Below, one piece after another: positions 31,514 through 39,320 of a DNA stretch of 51,584 nucleotides. The notes beneath the pieces were generated by a model that was not told where the DNA came from, did no database searches, and was given only the letters and a program-made list of their open reading frames with translations. The position numbers and the translations under genes were made by a program. The stretch is taken from NCBI GenBank assembly GCA_000993115.1, contig LBVN01000018.1:1-51584 (forward strand). Reading direction: 5' to 3'. The DNA comes from Candidatus Woesebacteria bacterium GW2011_GWB1_38_8b. GTDB lineage: Bacteria > Patescibacteriota > Microgenomatia > UBA8517. Position 1 is the first letter of the stretch; each line of letters opens with the position of its first letter.

Positions 31514-32974
31514 TTAAAGCCGTTTTCGCCTTTGCACAGTTATTTGGCCAAATTTTGATTCTTCTAAAACTTCACCGATTCCCTTTTGTCTTTCCAGCCA
31601 AGCTTGCAGTCTTTGAGGGTTGGGGGGGTCTGCTTCAAAAAGTGTATACAAAACCGGTAAGTTTTCAGTTTTTACTAGACCACACAAAGTTGGTTTACAG
31701 CTCTGAGCTTGTCGAAGGGTTCCCTGCCATAAAAACAGATAATCGTAGGAGTGGGGGATAACGGGAGGGACATAAACATCAACATTAAACTTCTGACTGT
31801 ATTTTTGGGCATCATCATAAACCCAATTCACAGCTTGAAGTTGATCTTCGATTGCAATTGGCCTTGTCGCAACAGTTGCCGTTAAATAATTCTTAATAGG
31901 TACTAAGTTTAAATTTGCAAAGTAATAAAAATACAAAGCAACAATTATAAAACCACCCCAATGTTTCGTCAGCTCTCCCATACCAAGTGCAAAAAATAAA
32001 ATAAGCGGCATAAAATAACCTATCGTGTAATAATCGTAAATATTTCCGTAATTCCCCTGAAAAAGTGTGTAGCCGACAATCGGCGTTATAAAGAAAATTG
32101 CAAACAGAATTAAATGTTTTTTAAATTTAGGTAAATATCCAAATAACATTGAAGCGGAAATTGTTGCAAGAGTAGTGATTAACACTCCGGTTCCTAAAAA
32201 TATTTTTCCGGAATAAACACCCCAAAAATATTTGGCTCTTTCCTCTAATATAAACTTTGTAATACCGCGGAATGCTTTTTCGCCAAGCAGTAAATCCAAA
32301 AAATTTTTAAATAGTAAGTTGTCGTGGCGGAAATTAAATAAAATCTGGGGAGCCAGTGTTGCCAAAAAAAACATCCCAGCAATTAAAATATATTTAAAAG
32401 GCGGTAATTTTTTTCGCTGCCAGATGCTAAACACAAAAAACAAAGGTATATAAAAGACAGCACTTGCCGATTCAAAGTGAAGTGATACTCCGATTGTTAG
32501 AACTGCTAAAACCCAAAATAAATATATTTTCTTTTTCTCACCTATTGTAATTTCCCATAAAAACCAAAAGAGTAGTGTGGAAAGAAGAAGCATCGGAGTA
32601 GGGTTTGAAAGCCAACGGGAAAGTGTAAAAATATTATAAGAAAACGCGGCAATTGTGGCAGCGATAAGACCGGTAATTCTAGAGTGCATCTTGGTGCCCA
32701 AGACGTAAAGCATAAATATAGCCATTACCGTTGTAAACGAAAGAAATACCGCCGGGTAAGCAGGATTTCCGCGGCCGATTAAATAAAAAGGTGCGATTAG
32801 GTAATAATAAAACGGTCCTAAAAATATTCCCTTAAGTCCTGTAATCGGACCGATTAAAAAGGGTTTATGATTATGCCATAAATCCAAAATTGCACAAAGT
32901 AAAATATAGATTAAAGGATGGGTAAAAACTTCCTTTCTAATTTTCCCATAAACATCTGAGGCAAATTTCTTCAT
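31514..32974 (-). CDS. PMT/ArnT-like GT-C protein apparently lacking the FLR...D(E/Q) loop (in-frame deletion near 32885); may be non-catalytic
   Basis: LGPFYYYL and WLSNP motifs present, but LLCAIL joins directly to DLWHNHKPFLIGP, about 25 residues shorter than paralogs 30013 and 33984. Confidence 0.7.
   Translation of the reverse strand: MKKFASDVYGKIRKEVFTHPLIYILLCAILDLWHNHKPFLIGPITGLKGIFLGPFYYYLIAPFYLIGRGNPAYPAVFLSFTTVMAIFMLYVLGTKMHSRITGLIAATIAAFSYNIFTLSRWLSNPTPMLLLSTLLFWFLWEITIGEKKKIYLFWVLAVLTIGVSLHFESASAVFYIPLFFVFSIWQRKKLPPFKYILIAGMFFLATLAPQILFNFRHDNLLFKNFLDLLLGEKAFRGITKFILEERAKYFWGVYSGKIFLGTGVLITTLATISASMLFGYLPKFKKHLILFAIFFITPIVGYTLFQGNYGNIYDYYTIGYFMPLILFFALGMGELTKHWGGFIIVALYFYYFANLNLVPIKNYLTATVATRPIAIEDQLQAVNWVYDDAQKYSQKFNVDVYVPPVIPHSYDYLFLWQGTLRQAQSCKPTLCGLVKTENLPVLYTLFEADPPNPQRLQAWLERQKGIGEVLEESKFGQITVQRRKRL
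31701..31719 (-). repeat. REP-like hairpin copy inside a CDS (encodes TLRQAQS)
   Basis: Minus strand CCCTTCG-ACAAG-CTCAGAG, the same core as the repeats at 38975 and 39291. Confidence 0.65.
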
Positions 32975-33987
32975 AATTCTTTTTTATTTGAAGATTCTTC
33001 GATATATTCTTTTGCATATTTTCTGGCAGTTACTAAGACTTTTTCGACAGCCTCGTCAAAGTTTTCAAAATCAAACCAAGCTCCTGCGGAAGCTTTGTGT
33101 CCAGAACCTCCGAACTCCTGCGCAATTTTAGAAACATCAAAATTCGTCCTAGATCGTAAACTCATATTTAAAACATTTGGCCTTTGTTCTACTATTACAA
33201 TTCCAAAGTCGGTGTTTTTTACCGTTCTGAAAATTACACTTGCCGCTAATGACTTCGCTTCTCCAGGCTTACCGAATTCCAGAAATTTATCGTATGGAAC
33301 CGCAGTCCAAACAAATCTATACTCTGAATCAATATTCATGTTTTTCAGCATCTCACCCCAAAATTTAAGCAGTTTATATTCATTTGAGTGAAATAAATTT
33401 AAAATTATGTCTTTAGTATTTGCACCTAACTTTACAAGTTCGCCTGAAACTATAAACGTACTAGAGTATGTTTTGTCTGTTTGAAACGAAACCGAATCTG
33501 CATAAATTCCTGTTAAAAGAGTTGTTGCCAAATTCTTTGTGATTTTAATACCCCAATCGTGGAAAACCTTATATAAAACTTCGCACGTAGAACTTGTTAC
33601 TTCCAAAAGATTAATTTCTCCATATTTTTCATTTGTAGAATGATGATCGATTGTAACCATGGAGATATTTGGCATTTTTAAATCTTTTATTCCAACTAAT
33701 TGATCATATGATGAGGAATCTAGCGCAATAAACAAGTCATAATCGCTGTAATCAAATTTTGTAATATCAACTTTTATTATTTTATCGAAATAAGGTACAA
33801 AATTATAAGCCGAATGTACAGTATCAGGAGAAATTACATCAATCAACTTTTTCATACCTGTCAAAACTTGATACATTGCGAGGTTACTTGCAATACTATC
33901 CGGGTCAGGGCTTTTGTGACAACTTAAAAGTATTTTCTTGGCTTTTTTTATTTTATCTAAAATATCCTTTGACTCTTTGTAATTCAT
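32971..33987 (-). CDS. DHH/DHHA1 family phosphoesterase (NrnA-like)
   Basis: HKSPDPDS, ALD, IDHH, GIYADS, SLRS, GGSGHKASAG motifs. Confidence 0.92.
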   Translation of the reverse strand: MNYKESKDILDKIKKAKKILLSCHKSPDPDSIASNLAMYQVLTGMKKLIDVISPDTVHSAYNFVPYFDKIIKVDITKFDYSDYDLFIALDSSSYDQLVGIKDLKMPNISMVTIDHHSTNEKYGEINLLEVTSSTCEVLYKVFHDWGIKITKNLATTLLTGIYADSVSFQTDKTYSSTFIVSGELVKLGANTKDIILNLFHSNEYKLLKFWGEMLKNMNIDSEYRFVWTAVPYDKFLEFGKPGEAKSLAASVIFRTVKNTDFGIVIVEQRPNVLNMSLRSRTNFDVSKIAQEFGGSGHKASAGAWFDFENFDEAVEKVLVTARKYAKEYIEESSNKKEL

Positions 33988-35639
33988 TGCGTGTGTATTA
34001 ACTTATAAACTATAACACCTCCAACTTCCCACTCCCCATCAATTTTACTCCAACCAAAATTGGCAATTTCGGCTTTCGGAGAATGAGTTGGATCGCATTC
34101 AATTTTTGGCATTTCGCAAACTACAAACAATTGGTTAGCAACCGTATCAGAAAGCGTAAGCGGATCAATGTCGAAAACGGGTTGTCTTTCTTTTTCAAGA
34201 AAATATTGGTATCCGTCTTCGTAATTTTGTTTTGCAATAACTGCTAAATTAAATTTTTCATTTCCTGATTCCGATTTAATTTTATCCGCAACAATTTGCG
34301 CTCTTTTCATCTGCATATTCGGTCGGTATTTAAGCGGATTCTCCCGCAAGTTAACACAAATTAAATACGCAAAAACCAAAATCAACAAAGCTTTTACCCA
34401 AACTCCGTACTTTTCCCACAGATGAGAATAAAATCCTCCGAACAAAATAAAAGGTGCCGCAAAAATAAAACCAAAATAATGATCATAAATATGTTGTTTA
34501 TAAAGCCCAAGACCCAAAATTGCAAAAAATAACCAGACAGTCAGTATAAATAATGAGGAAATAAAATTGTTGTCGGAGATTTCTTTATCATCACCACGTA
34601 ATATTTTAAATAGGTTTTTCCAAAATTTAAGAAGATAAAGAATAATCAAATCAAAAATTCCGAAGGCAATCCAAAGTCCCGCAGTTGCATTCTTCCCCCC
34701 AACAATTCTTGTTATGAAATCGTCTTTCCAGATTGGAAACATGTTAGGAATGGATTTCCAGGGTTTTATTGAAACGGTAGTTTGACGCTCACTAAAAAAT
34801 TTTGAAATTGCTCCGAAATTCTGCCAACCATGACGAGCGTCAAAAATGACCAATGGAGACATAAGAAATAGAAACACTACAGTACCTATTAACGAATACT
34901 TTATAAAATTAGAAAGTTGAGATTTGTTATTTAGGCTTTTTCCGGAATTACCAATTACTAATTTATAATTCCTAACTAATTTCAAAATAACTATGAACCA
35001 AAAAATAAATATTGTCGGCAGTAGAAGAAGCCCTAAGTAGTGGGACTGAAGTACAAACGAAAAAGAAATTCCCAATACTACCAACCATTTATAATTTGCT
35101 TTTTCCCAGACTTGCCAAAGGCTGTAAATACATAAAAGTGAAAAAAACGGCATGATGTTTGGGTTCCAGGAAGATTTTGAGTAAATAATCACAACCGGGG
35201 ATATTGCATAAAGTGTTGCAGCCGCGAGTGCCCCATAATGGATATTTTTTACATTTCTCGAAGCAAACCATTCACGGGTTATAAACCAGACCATAAACAC
35301 GGTAACAGTTCCCATAAGCGCAATCAAAATTGCCGGACCAACAGGAGAAAAGTTCGAAAGAAGAAGTGCGGGAGCCATTAAGTAGTAATACAGCGGACCC
35401 AAATACATGTTTCCGATTGATGTTCCGGGCCCAATTAAAATCGGGTCAAAATTTACAAGCAACCTTCGGACAACGATAGCATCCCGTCCCTCGTCTCCCA
35501 AAAAAGTCATGTAATCGCCAATTTTATAAAGCCGGAGAAACGCGCTGATTAGTAAAATAATTGCAAGAAGTACTGTCTCTTTCTTATGCTCAATAATCCA
35601 AGTCTTAATACTCAATGCATAAATTTCTAATTTTTTCAT
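33984..35639 (-). CDS. PMT/ArnT-like GT-C membrane glycosyltransferase
   Basis: FLRLYKI..F LGDEGRD, LGPLYYYL, SSWNPN, QSHY motifs; ATGA overlap with the upstream gene. Confidence 0.85.
   Translation of the reverse strand: MKKLEIYALSIKTWIIEHKKETVLLAIILLISAFLRLYKIGDYMTFLGDEGRDAIVVRRLLVNFDPILIGPGTSIGNMYLGPLYYYLMAPALLLSNFSPVGPAILIALMGTVTVFMVWFITREWFASRNVKNIHYGALAAATLYAISPVVIIYSKSSWNPNIMPFFSLLCIYSLWQVWEKANYKWLVVLGISFSFVLQSHYLGLLLLPTIFIFWFIVILKLVRNYKLVIGNSGKSLNNKSQLSNFIKYSLIGTVVFLFLMSPLVIFDARHGWQNFGAISKFFSERQTTVSIKPWKSIPNMFPIWKDDFITRIVGGKNATAGLWIAFGIFDLIILYLLKFWKNLFKILRGDDKEISDNNFISSLFILTVWLFFAILGLGLYKQHIYDHYFGFIFAAPFILFGGFYSHLWEKYGVWVKALLILVFAYLICVNLRENPLKYRPNMQMKRAQIVADKIKSESGNEKFNLAVIAKQNYEDGYQYFLEKERQPVFDIDPLTLSDTVANQLFVVCEMPKIECDPTHSPKAEIANFGWSKIDGEWEVGGVIVYKLIHTQ
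34903..34980. repeat. Imperfect inverted pair of heptamer arrays inside a CDS
   Basis: AATTACC AATTACT AATTTAT AATTCCT AACTAAT (34946-34980); 34906-34924 matches the reverse complement of 34946-34964 at 14/19. Confidence 0.55.
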
Positions 35640-36346
35640 CTTATCTGCCACCAAAGTTTTAACAAATCACGAAGACTTCGAAGAATTACTTTCAAATCCG
35701 CTCCGGTTTGGTGTCCAAATTTTCTAGGATAATGATTTACTTTCACTTCCGCAAATTTAAATCCGTGCCGCTGCGCCTTAACCAGCATCTCAATTTGGGT
35801 AACTTTCTCCTCCCCCACCAATGGCAATACTTTTTTATATACTTCTTTTTTAATAAGTTTAAATCCGCAGGAGTAATCAGTTACCCGAAGACCCAAAAGT
35901 ATTCTTGGCAGAATTTTTGACCAAACCAGCGTAAAAAGTTTGCGAATGAACGGATCTGCCCTGTTACCCCTAATTCCCAAAACCAAGTCTGCGTCAGTTT
36001 CTTTTTGTTTTTCTATAAACAATTTTATTTCCGAGAAATCAAATTGTCCGTCGGCGTCGGCAAATGCAACCCATTTAAATTCTGAGTTTTCATAACCGGA
36101 CTTAAGTGCCCCACCATAGCCTCTGTTTGGGCTGTGGTGAATAACTTTTATCCTTTTATCGGCTTTTGCTAAACCATCGGAAATTATTCCTGTTTTGTCG
36201 CGTGATCCGTCATCAACAATAATTATTTCCCATTTCGAAGAAATTTCCTCAAGCACTTTTTTTGCGTCACCAATCGTCTTTTTAATATTTTTTTCTTCGT
36301 TATACGCCGGAAAGAAAGCTGAGATTTCGTCAATTAATTTCGCCAT
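35636..36346 (-). CDS. DPM1-like polyprenol-phosphate glycosyltransferase (GT2)
   Basis: PAYNEE, DDGSRDKT, NRGYGGA, FADADGQ, DYSCGFK motifs. Confidence 0.9.
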   Translation of the reverse strand: MAKLIDEISAFFPAYNEEKNIKKTIGDAKKVLEEISSKWEIIIVDDGSRDKTGIISDGLAKADKRIKVIHHSPNRGYGGALKSGYENSEFKWVAFADADGQFDFSEIKLFIEKQKETDADLVLGIRGNRADPFIRKLFTLVWSKILPRILLGLRVTDYSCGFKLIKKEVYKKVLPLVGEEKVTQIEMLVKAQRHGFKFAEVKVNHYPRKFGHQTGADLKVILRSLRDLLKLWWQIR

Positions 36347-36400
36347 ATTAACCCCAAGTCTAACATAAAGAAGGCTGACGTTTCCACAAAAACTTTATCC

Positions 36401-36429
36401 TTGTCAATTCAGGCTCAAAGGGTTATCAT
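36401..36429 (+). promoter_or_regulatory. Sigma70-type promoter for the 36439 gene
   Basis: TTGTCA (36401-36406), 17 bp, TATCAT (36424-36429); ATG 9 nt downstream. Confidence 0.6.
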
Positions 36430-36438
36430 CAAAAGTAA

Positions 36439-37590
36439 ATGAAGAAATTTTTTAAAGATCTTCCTCCTGTTCTGTTTTTTTCAATTATCCCAATAGTTTT
36501 AGTTTGGATTCCATTTATTTTTAGGCTTGATTCATTTTGGAATATACCTCTTACAAAAAATGGCTTGGCAACAATTGTCGCTAATTACGACGGACCGCTT
36601 TATTTAATTATTGCGAAAACTTTGTATAACACGGAAAGCATTAAAACCATGTTCTCTGTTCCCCTTCCGGTTGAATATTACGCGGCACATTTTCCACTAT
36701 TTCCAATCCTAATTAGATTATTTTCGTTTATCGGAAATTACCCTTATGCAATGCTCACGGCTACCGTGCTTTCATCGGTTTATGCAATGTACTTTTTCAA
36801 AAAATTAATTTCCCAATTTGTACGTGAAGAAAATATAGTCTGGATGATGCTTATTTTTGCAATCCTTCCCGCCAGGTGGCTAATTGTACGATCTGTCGGA
36901 TCCCCCGAGCCGCTTTTTGTCGGAAGTATAATAGCATCACTTTTTTATTTTAAGAATAAAAAATATCTTCTGGCCGGTATATTCGGCGCAATTGCACAGA
37001 TTACAAAATCCCCAGGGATATTACTTTTTGCAGGATACATTGGATTCTTTATTTTTGAAGCAATTTACAACGCATCGATAAGTCACAAAACCGTAAATTT
37101 TAACTTCGTTCGCAAACTACCGCTTTTTTTGATTCCCTTATCGCTTTTGGGGGTGTTTTTTCTCTATTCAAAAGTATACGGGAATTTTTATGCATATTTT
37201 GACTCAGGCGACAACATCCACCTTTTCTTCCCACCGTTTCAGATTTTTAATTACAGCCAGCCGTGGGTAAATACTTTTTGGTTGGAGGAAGTAGTTTTAG
37301 TCTACATCATCGCACTCTTGGGAATTTTCAAGCTTTTTGAGAAAAAAGAATTTGAGTACGCCATATTTACAGCCGTATTTTTTACAACCATTATATTTGT
37401 TTCACACCGCGACATTATCCGCTATGCATTACCGATTGTTCCCTTTATACTAGCCGGGTTCTCAGAAACTCTCACGAAAAAATCATTCAGATTGTTACTT
37501 TTAATAGTAGCTTTACCGATTTATTTATTTTCCCTAGCCTACATTTCCCAAAATGTAATGCCAATCTCCAACTGGGCTCCTTTCCTTTGA
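36439..37590 (+). CDS. GT-C mannosyltransferase-like membrane protein (PIG-V type)
   Basis: NYDGPLY, AHFPLFP, GSPEPLF, DIIRY motifs; polytopic. Confidence 0.7.
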   Translation: MKKFFKDLPPVLFFSIIPIVLVWIPFIFRLDSFWNIPLTKNGLATIVANYDGPLYLIIAKTLYNTESIKTMFSVPLPVEYYAAHFPLFPILIRLFSFIGNYPYAMLTATVLSSVYAMYFFKKLISQFVREENIVWMMLIFAILPARWLIVRSVGSPEPLFVGSIIASLFYFKNKKYLLAGIFGAIAQITKSPGILLFAGYIGFFIFEAIYNASISHKTVNFNFVRKLPLFLIPLSLLGVFFLYSKVYGNFYAYFDSGDNIHLFFPPFQIFNYSQPWVNTFWLEEVVLVYIIALLGIFKLFEKKEFEYAIFTAVFFTTIIFVSHRDIIRYALPIVPFILAGFSETLTKKSFRLLLLIVALPIYLFSLAYISQNVMPISNWAPFL

Positions 37591-37633
37591 GCTTCGAGAC
37601 CCCCTGAAAAGATAAGTCGGATACACTTTTTAT

Positions 37634-37879
37634 ATGATTGCAGACAGAATTGCTGAAAAATTAGAGAGTCTGCTGGAAAGATCCGGAGTCCTACCTCCAC
37701 TGCAACCTATACAAATACACTTGAGACCACACCTAAGTTCAAACGACTTACTTTTTCTTAGCCAAGCCAAGAGAACTATCGATGGAAATCCTGGTCCTGT
37801 TGTAGAAGCTTCAATCCACCACCCAAGGTCAAAACTACGGAGAGCTGAAATGCAAACACACCTAGATGAAACATTTTAA
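37634..37879 (+). CDS. Hypothetical protein (81 aa)
   Basis: ATG-started ORF filling the gap, co-oriented with neighbours; no recognisable motif. Confidence 0.4.
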   Translation: MIADRIAEKLESLLERSGVLPPLQPIQIHLRPHLSSNDLLFLSQAKRTIDGNPGPVVEASIHHPRSKLRRAEMQTHLDETF

Positions 37880-37884
37880 TATAT

Positions 37885-38103
37885 ATGGCGCAATCTGGAG
37901 TTAGTACTACTATATCAAGACGTTGGAGAAATAAAGAGTCATATACGGAATTTACCGGAAGCAAGTGTGGCAATTGTGGCGACAGAAGAATTCCAGCAAG
38001 AGATGTGTGTCCGAATTGCGGAAACGACAAAATAATCAGGGACAGAGTTCTAGAAAGAGAATCTAGGTTTGCTACTCAACCTCCTGTGCAAAGTGGTAGT
38101 TAA
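37885..38103 (+). CDS. Stand-alone zinc-ribbon protein (DUF35 N-terminal-like)
   Basis: RRWR...GSKCGNCG...PARDVCPNCG (two CxxC); no OB-fold domain follows. Confidence 0.75.
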   Translation: MAQSGVSTTISRRWRNKESYTEFTGSKCGNCGDRRIPARDVCPNCGNDKIIRDRVLERESRFATQPPVQSGS

Positions 38104-38944
38104 TTTCGGATTTTACCTGAAGCGGATTAAATGCTACATTTTTTCGCTTTAACTCCAAATACTTTTCGTAACCGGTTAATGCCTCGTAAACACCTGCTCT
38201 AAATTCTTTTTTGTCTTTTACCAAACCGAACTTTTCCAAATCCAGAAATTCATAATCCTGGAGTTTATAGCTTTGGAAATTATCTAACTTCGACAATTTT
38301 TGGGGCAATTTAATCTGAAATACTTCAACCCGAACATCTGCAATGTCCAAATACATAAATGGTTTTGGCCGTGTTGGAATTAATGAAAGAGGTAAATTTC
38401 TGTCAATCGCAAGCTCAGTAAATACTTCCTGCTGTAAAATCCTTAAAATCCCATCTTCGCGCTTTTCATTAATTTTTGAAAAACCCATAGGAATAGAAAT
38501 TGAAGAAAATGGTTTTCCGTAATAAGACCTTGGTGTTGAAACATCACGGCCTGTTAATACCATTTTCTGGCTATTAAAAGGCGTAATAATCAATCCCGTC
38601 CCAAGCCTCCTTGTAACCCCTTCCTTGATGTAAGAAAGCACACGGTAAAGAGTAACCGCAGAAGTTATAAAACTGGGTGGCATTTTTTTATAGAGTTTAT
38701 CCAAAGGGATGTCCTCGTGAACCATCTTGGCCAAAAAATTAACAACCTCACTTAATTTACTGTTTGGTCCGGCAGCTTTTATAATTCCCCACTTATCCAA
38801 AATTCTTTGGTATTGGGCGTAAGATATAGGAATGTCGAGATGATGATATCTGAAAACTTCATCTACCGATCCAAGCTTAAGGTATTCGCGAACAAGAAAT
38901 TTATTAAATTCAATCTCATTGTTTACAGGAAATTTTGCTGTCAT
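38072..38944 (-). CDS. Hypothetical protein with a helical N-terminus and a degenerate Nudix box
   Basis: 290-aa ORF; G154-x5-E160-x7-R168-I-L-Q-Q-E173 resembles GX5EX7REUXEE. Confidence 0.6.
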   Translation of the reverse strand: MTAKFPVNNEIEFNKFLVREYLKLGSVDEVFRYHHLDIPISYAQYQRILDKWGIIKAAGPNSKLSEVVNFLAKMVHEDIPLDKLYKKMPPSFITSAVTLYRVLSYIKEGVTRRLGTGLIITPFNSQKMVLTGRDVSTPRSYYGKPFSSISIPMGFSKINEKREDGILRILQQEVFTELAIDRNLPLSLIPTRPKPFMYLDIADVRVEVFQIKLPQKLSKLDNFQSYKLQDYEFLDLEKFGLVKDKKEFRAGVYEALTGYEKYLELKRKNVAFNPLQVKSEINYHFAQEVE

Positions 38945-38974
38945 ATTGTATTATATTATTAATCATTCCCTTTT

Positions 38975-39000
38975 GTCATTCTGAGCAAAGCGAAGAATCT
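38975..39000 (+). repeat. Left REP-like hairpin repeat
   Basis: GTC-ATTCT-GAGCAAAGCGA-AGAAT-CT; stem ATTCT/AGAAT. Confidence 0.85.
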
Positions 39001-39003
39001 ATT

Positions 39004-39288
39004 GTGTATTACGTGTACATACTAACAAACAAGTACAATAATGTCCTATACACGGGTGTTACTAACAATATAGTTCGAAGGGTATATGAACATAAGAAGA
39101 AATACATTAAAGGGTTTACGAGCAAATATAATGTTAATAAATTAATATATTTTGAAATATTTAGCTCCAGTATCGAAGCAATCAGTCGCGAAAAACAGAT
39201 CAAAGGTTGGACAAGAATAAGAAAAATTAACCTAATTTTAAAAAATAATCCCAACTTTGAAGATCTGTATAGTGATTTAATCAAATAA
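39004..39288 (+). CDS. GIY-YIG nuclease family protein (YhbQ-like, single domain)
   Basis: YYVYILTN...LYTGVTNN..RR..EH, FTSKY, AISREKQIK motifs; GTG start inferred at 39004. Confidence 0.92.
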   Translation: MYYVYILTNKYNNVLYTGVTNNIVRRVYEHKKKYIKGFTSKYNVNKLIYFEIFSSSIEAISREKQIKGWTRIRKINLILKNNPNFEDLYSDLIK

Positions 39289-39290
39289 CT

Positions 39291-39316
39291 AGATCCTTCG
39301 TTATACTCAGGATGAC
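39291..39316 (-). repeat. Right REP-like hairpin repeat (inverted)
   Basis: AG-ATCCT-TCGTTATACTC-AGGAT-GAC; stem ATCCT/AGGAT. Confidence 0.85.
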
Positions 39317-39320
39317 TATG

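Larger units (their letters stand above)
38975..39316 (+). mobile_element. Candidate miniature element: GIY-YIG nuclease gene between inverted REP-like hairpins
   Basis: 26-bp inverted repeats (21/26) at 38975-39000 and 39291-39316 immediately bracket the nuclease ORF. Confidence 0.65.

Noticed and set aside
2424-37590. Diversity-generating retroelement or invertase shufflon behind GT-C diversity
   Set aside because: No reverse transcriptase, recombinase, adenine-specific TR/VR pair or long inverted repeats seen
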